Below, one piece after another: positions 60,497-64,000 of a DNA stretch of 64,000 nt. Numbering within the stretch: position 1 is the stretch's first letter; the number at the start of each line of letters is the position of its first letter. This DNA is from an uncultured delta proteobacterium. Lineage in GTDB: Bacteria; Desulfobacterota; Binatia; UBA9968. The notes under the pieces were generated by a model, which searched no databases, was not told the origin of the DNA, and saw only the letters and a program-made list of their open reading frames with translations. Location of the stretch: contig CAVSLC010000025.1 in NCBI GenBank assembly GCA_963728565.1, positions 32,001-96,000 of the forward strand, written 5' to 3'. A program made the position numbers and the translations under genes.

Positions 60497-61811
60497 TCAC
60501 AACAGGCTGCCGGTCAAAATCAGGGTCGCGACCGTGAAATAAATGATCAATCCGGTGACATCTACAAGGGTGGCGACGAACGGCGCCGAGGCGCTGGCCG
60601 GGTCGAAACCGAGTAGACGCAGAACAATCGGCAGAACGGAGCCCGCCAGCGTTCCCCACAGGACGACTCCGATTAGACTGAAGGCGACGGTCAGTGCGAT
60701 CAGCATGTAGTGATCGCCGTAGGAATGAAAAAGACCTTGCCATGCCAAGATACGGATCAGACCGATTATCGCGAGGATACAGCCGAGAGCGATGCCGGCG
60801 CTGAATTCACGCCGGACGACCCGCCACCAATCCGAAATGCGGATTTCTTTCAGAGCCATAGCGCGGATCACTAAAGTGGATGCTTGCGAGCCGGAGTTCC
60901 CGCCGCTACTGATAATCAACGGAACGAACAGAGCAAGGACAACGGCTCGCGAAATCTGATCTTCGTAATAACCCATCGCCGTGGCCGTGAGCATTTCCCC
61001 GATAAACAGAGCTGCAAGCCATCCGGCGCGTTTTTTGATCATCTGCGTCAACGGGATCTGCAGATACGGCGCGTCGAGAGCTTCGGTGCCGCCGATTTTT
61101 TGAATATCTTCGGTAGCTTCCTCGCGCAGAACGTCGATGATGTCGTCGTGAGTCACGATTCCTTTAATACGCCTCTCAGCGTCGACGATCGGAATCATCA
61201 TCAAGTTGTGCCGGGCGAAAAGATCGCTCAACGCTTCCTGGTCCATATTGTCGCGCGCGGTGACGATATCCGTACGCATGACACTCTCAATCGACTGATC
61301 GCCGCGGGCCGAGAACAGATCTCGAAAGGAAACGACTCCAAGAAGCCTTTCTTGTGGATCGACGACGAATGCGTAATAGAACTTTTTCTCGCGATCGCGG
61401 GCATCGCGCCTAAGATAACTGAACGCTTCATCGACGGTCATATTGGGGCGCAAGCGGGCATAGCGCGGGCTCATCAAACCGCCAGCCTGATCTTCGGCGT
61501 AGGCCAGCAGGCCTTTGATTTCGCTCCTCAACGGCTCGTCGATCAACGAGACTATTTCTTCGCGCTCATCCGGAGCAGTTTCTTGAATAAGATCCGCTGC
61601 GTCTTCCGGTGCCAAGAGACGGATCCAAAAGCGTCGCTCTCCCGGGGGAAAAGCTTCGAGCAAGTTGGCCTCGATCCCGGGCGCTCAATTGCTTGAAAAA
61701 ACGCTCGCGCTCCTCTGGCGGCAAGAGCTTAAATCCCTCGAGTTTGTCCTCGACGGACAGGATCGGCCAGGCGTCATAAAGTTCGGTCGAAGAAAATGCC
61801 TGCTCAGCCAC
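60497..61811 (-). CDS. mgtE: Magnesium transporter MgtE, frameshift near 61665
   Basis: AGGLM, CBS pair, SSGGNSGSQ, DPASASAPFVATLVDVTG. Confidence 0.93.
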
Positions 61812-62497
61812 TAAGCCTCCCGAAGATGCCGTCGCCGTTACGTATCATTGATATGAGGAAATCACTTCCATGTTAATATTACCAACAAGATGTCACGGCC
61901 TTTTTTGACTGCAGTTAAATCGGCTCGCGGCTTATCTGCGCTGGGACGGTGATCATCAAGATTTGCTTAGACGATTGCGGCGAACCAGCAAAAGCCGCAG
62001 CCAGCCCTAAACCGACAAGCTCTAGGAAGTCTGATTACTGTCTTCGCGAGATTAAAAAAGTGCGTACTCCTAGGACGTTTACTAAAGAGTGAAAGCAGTC
62101 TGCTGAAGCTATATACGCCGCCGCGATAGATCGGACTGTACCAACTCTCAATTGTAACAACTGGTACATTTGAGCAAGTGATAACTTCTGTTCGTGATCT
62201 ATGATCCGACATCATTACGTTGCCATAACTCCTGACATAATCGTGTTGCTACAACAGTTCCGAAATTCTAATTGACAGGTGACTTGGCGCAGTGCTAAGA
62301 CGCTCTTGCAACTTAGCCCTGCGTCTTTTGTAGATTTTCTTCCTGCTTCACTCCACGCAATCACCTCCATGATTCAGCAGGCTAGATCAAGCTTCTGAGA
62401 CCGTGCTAAATGTGCGCGATCAAAAACGAGGAGCAGCTTGAAAATGAGCCTCTCCGGATTTTAAAGATTAACTGCTGGCTGGTTTTTCAATCAGGCG

Positions 62498-63272
62498 ATG
62501 TATAAGAACCGACGCGTCGCTTTTTTTTCTTTTCCAACTGTTCGTGTTTACCGGTTTTCCTGAAGCCGCAAAGGCTGCCGCAGGCGATACTTTGACGAGT
62601 GTGCGTGTTTTAACAGATAAATCCACTAACTTCAGTGACGAGCTAATTGTCAACACCATGCACCGTGCTTTCACGAGCTTCGTCTACGCTCCATCTAGCC
62701 CGCAATATTGTTCCGCGATCAGGGTCCGGCTTCCAAAGTATATTCGGAAGGATGCTTGTATAACACAGCTAGGATCTGATCCTCTTTCTGTGATCGCAAT
62801 GATTTTCGAGAGCCGAACCGGGAGCAGACCACGCGAAGCACCTCAAACCGCCGTAACGTTTCTGGCCCGCGCATTGACCCCTTTACAAGCTCAAACTTTA
62901 TCTAGGATATCTTCAGCATTTTCACAGGAAAGCTCGAGGATGGCGCTTGGCCTTGAAGCTAAAGCTGAGTGTAGCCAGACGGAATTAAGGAAAGGGATCG
63001 CGAAGCTGAGCTGGAAAGTTGCGGCAACTCCCGGGATCGCTCAGCGTGTCGATGTGAGCATCTACCGAGACGGCTTTGAAACGGGCAACTTTGAAACTGC
63101 CGGCTCGCTTTCTCCGAGTCAATCCTCTTTAGAGTGGCAACGGCTGGAACCCGGGATCATTCACTATTATCGAGTCTTGACGCTGCACACTCATGGCTGG
63201 GTCGCCAGCGAGATAGCGAGCTTCGAAGGCCCGACCTGTGTAGCGGACTTTCAATTAAAGCCGCATCCATAA
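62498..63272 (+). CDS. Secreted hypothetical protein with FN3-like C-terminus (probable frameshift at poly-T 62521-62528)
   Basis: MYKNRRVAFF joins LFQLFVFTGFPEAAKA as a signal peptide; LSW...LEPG..YYRV. Confidence 0.55.
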
Positions 63273-63288
63273 TGATTGAGGAGGAATA

Positions 63289-64000
63289 ATGGAGGAGAGC
63301 TCGCGTAGAGGCTTTGTATATCCAGATAAACACCGATGGAGGTTGGCGGCCGTGGATTCCAGTTTCATTTCTGCAAAACAATGGGGAACCAGCTGTCCGT
63401 ATCATCGTATCATCATCGCGGCAGCATTTGGATTGCTGCTTAACCTGGCGTCAAGCTCGTTTGCTGTTACTTTTCTAGACACGGAAATCAAAGACATCAA
63501 CCCCAATAATTCAACTCTGGATAGGACCGATCCCGACGGCGCAAGTGGAGGGCGCGTTGGCGGGCTCGCGCCTGTCGCTGGCAACAATCAAATCTTCTAC
63601 GGAGCGAGCGAATGGGGCGGCCTGTTCAAGACCGTTGACGGCGGCCGGACTTGGTTCCGGCTCGATGGCCATCTTCCAGTTGCCACATGGGATGTTGAAG
63701 TCGATCCGGTTAACACGCAGACAATCTACGCAACCTCTTTCTATGACGGGCGGGTGAATAGCTTAGCGGGGATTAACGTCAGCCACGATGCCGGTATCAC
63801 TTGGACTCGCCCCGTGTCGGCGACGCCGCCTCCGGGACTCTGTTCCGACACTAGGCGGACCGAGCTCTCGGCATTAGGGATTGGCGTCAGACCTGACGCG
63901 CCCGAGAATGTTTTCATCGGCACAAACTGTGGAGTGGCGATTAGCTGTGATTTTGGCGACAGCTGGACGTTGGAGGATCCAACGCCGCTTACGCCCGCAA
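63289..64000 (+). CDS. Secreted BNR/Asp-box beta-propeller protein, 3'-truncated by window
   Basis: GAGGAGG RBS; GGRV, GGLFKTVDGGRTW, SHDAGITW, SCDFGDSW; frame open to the end. Confidence 0.82.
   Translation, partial: MEESSRRGFVYPDKHRWRLAAVDSSFISAKQWGTSCPYHRIIIAAAFGLLLNLASSSFAVTFLDTEIKDINPNNSTLDRTDPDGASGGRVGGLAPVAGNNQIFYGASEWGGLFKTVDGGRTWFRLDGHLPVATWDVEVDPVNTQTIYATSFYDGRVNSLAGINVSHDAGITWTRPVSATPPPGLCSDTRRTELSALGIGVRPDAPENVFIGTNCGVAISCDFGDSWTLEDPTPLTPA

Noticed and set aside
61812-62215. Leader ORF or M-box riboswitch upstream of mgtE
   Set aside because: The 82-aa ORF lacks the signal and tail pattern; no riboswitch recognisable by eye

Overview
Bacterial chromosomal window of mostly metabolic and transport genes. 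The gene repertoire suggests a Candidatus Binatia/deltaproteobacteria-like genome; this is an inference only. The window starts in the 3' end of an NRPS (A-end, T, terminal C), followed by an unusual alpha/beta hydrolase and a sigma54 activator, and ends inside a secreted beta-propeller gene. About ten genes carry single-base frameshifts or a premature stop, often at homopolymers, which points to uncorrected long-read errors. The most notable structure is a cation-export cluster at 16.3-23.2 kb: terC, a P2-type ATPase and a second terC. Each of the three transporter genes has its own co-oriented ~105-aa upstream ORF. These share an N-terminal hydrophobic segment, an acidic then Arg/Lys-rich middle, and a similar C-terminus (LRAFNVLLQI*, VYQQTNVYRI*, LHRLLRVFRI*). 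One of the three is hidden by a frameshift and absent from the ORF track. For both terC genes, sequence at the end of the leader can pair with the downstream RBS. I infer a candidate undescribed leader-peptide (ribosome-stalling) control system, in the position where a yybP-ykoY Mn riboswitch is commonly found. No rRNA, tRNA, CRISPR array or intact transposase was seen.
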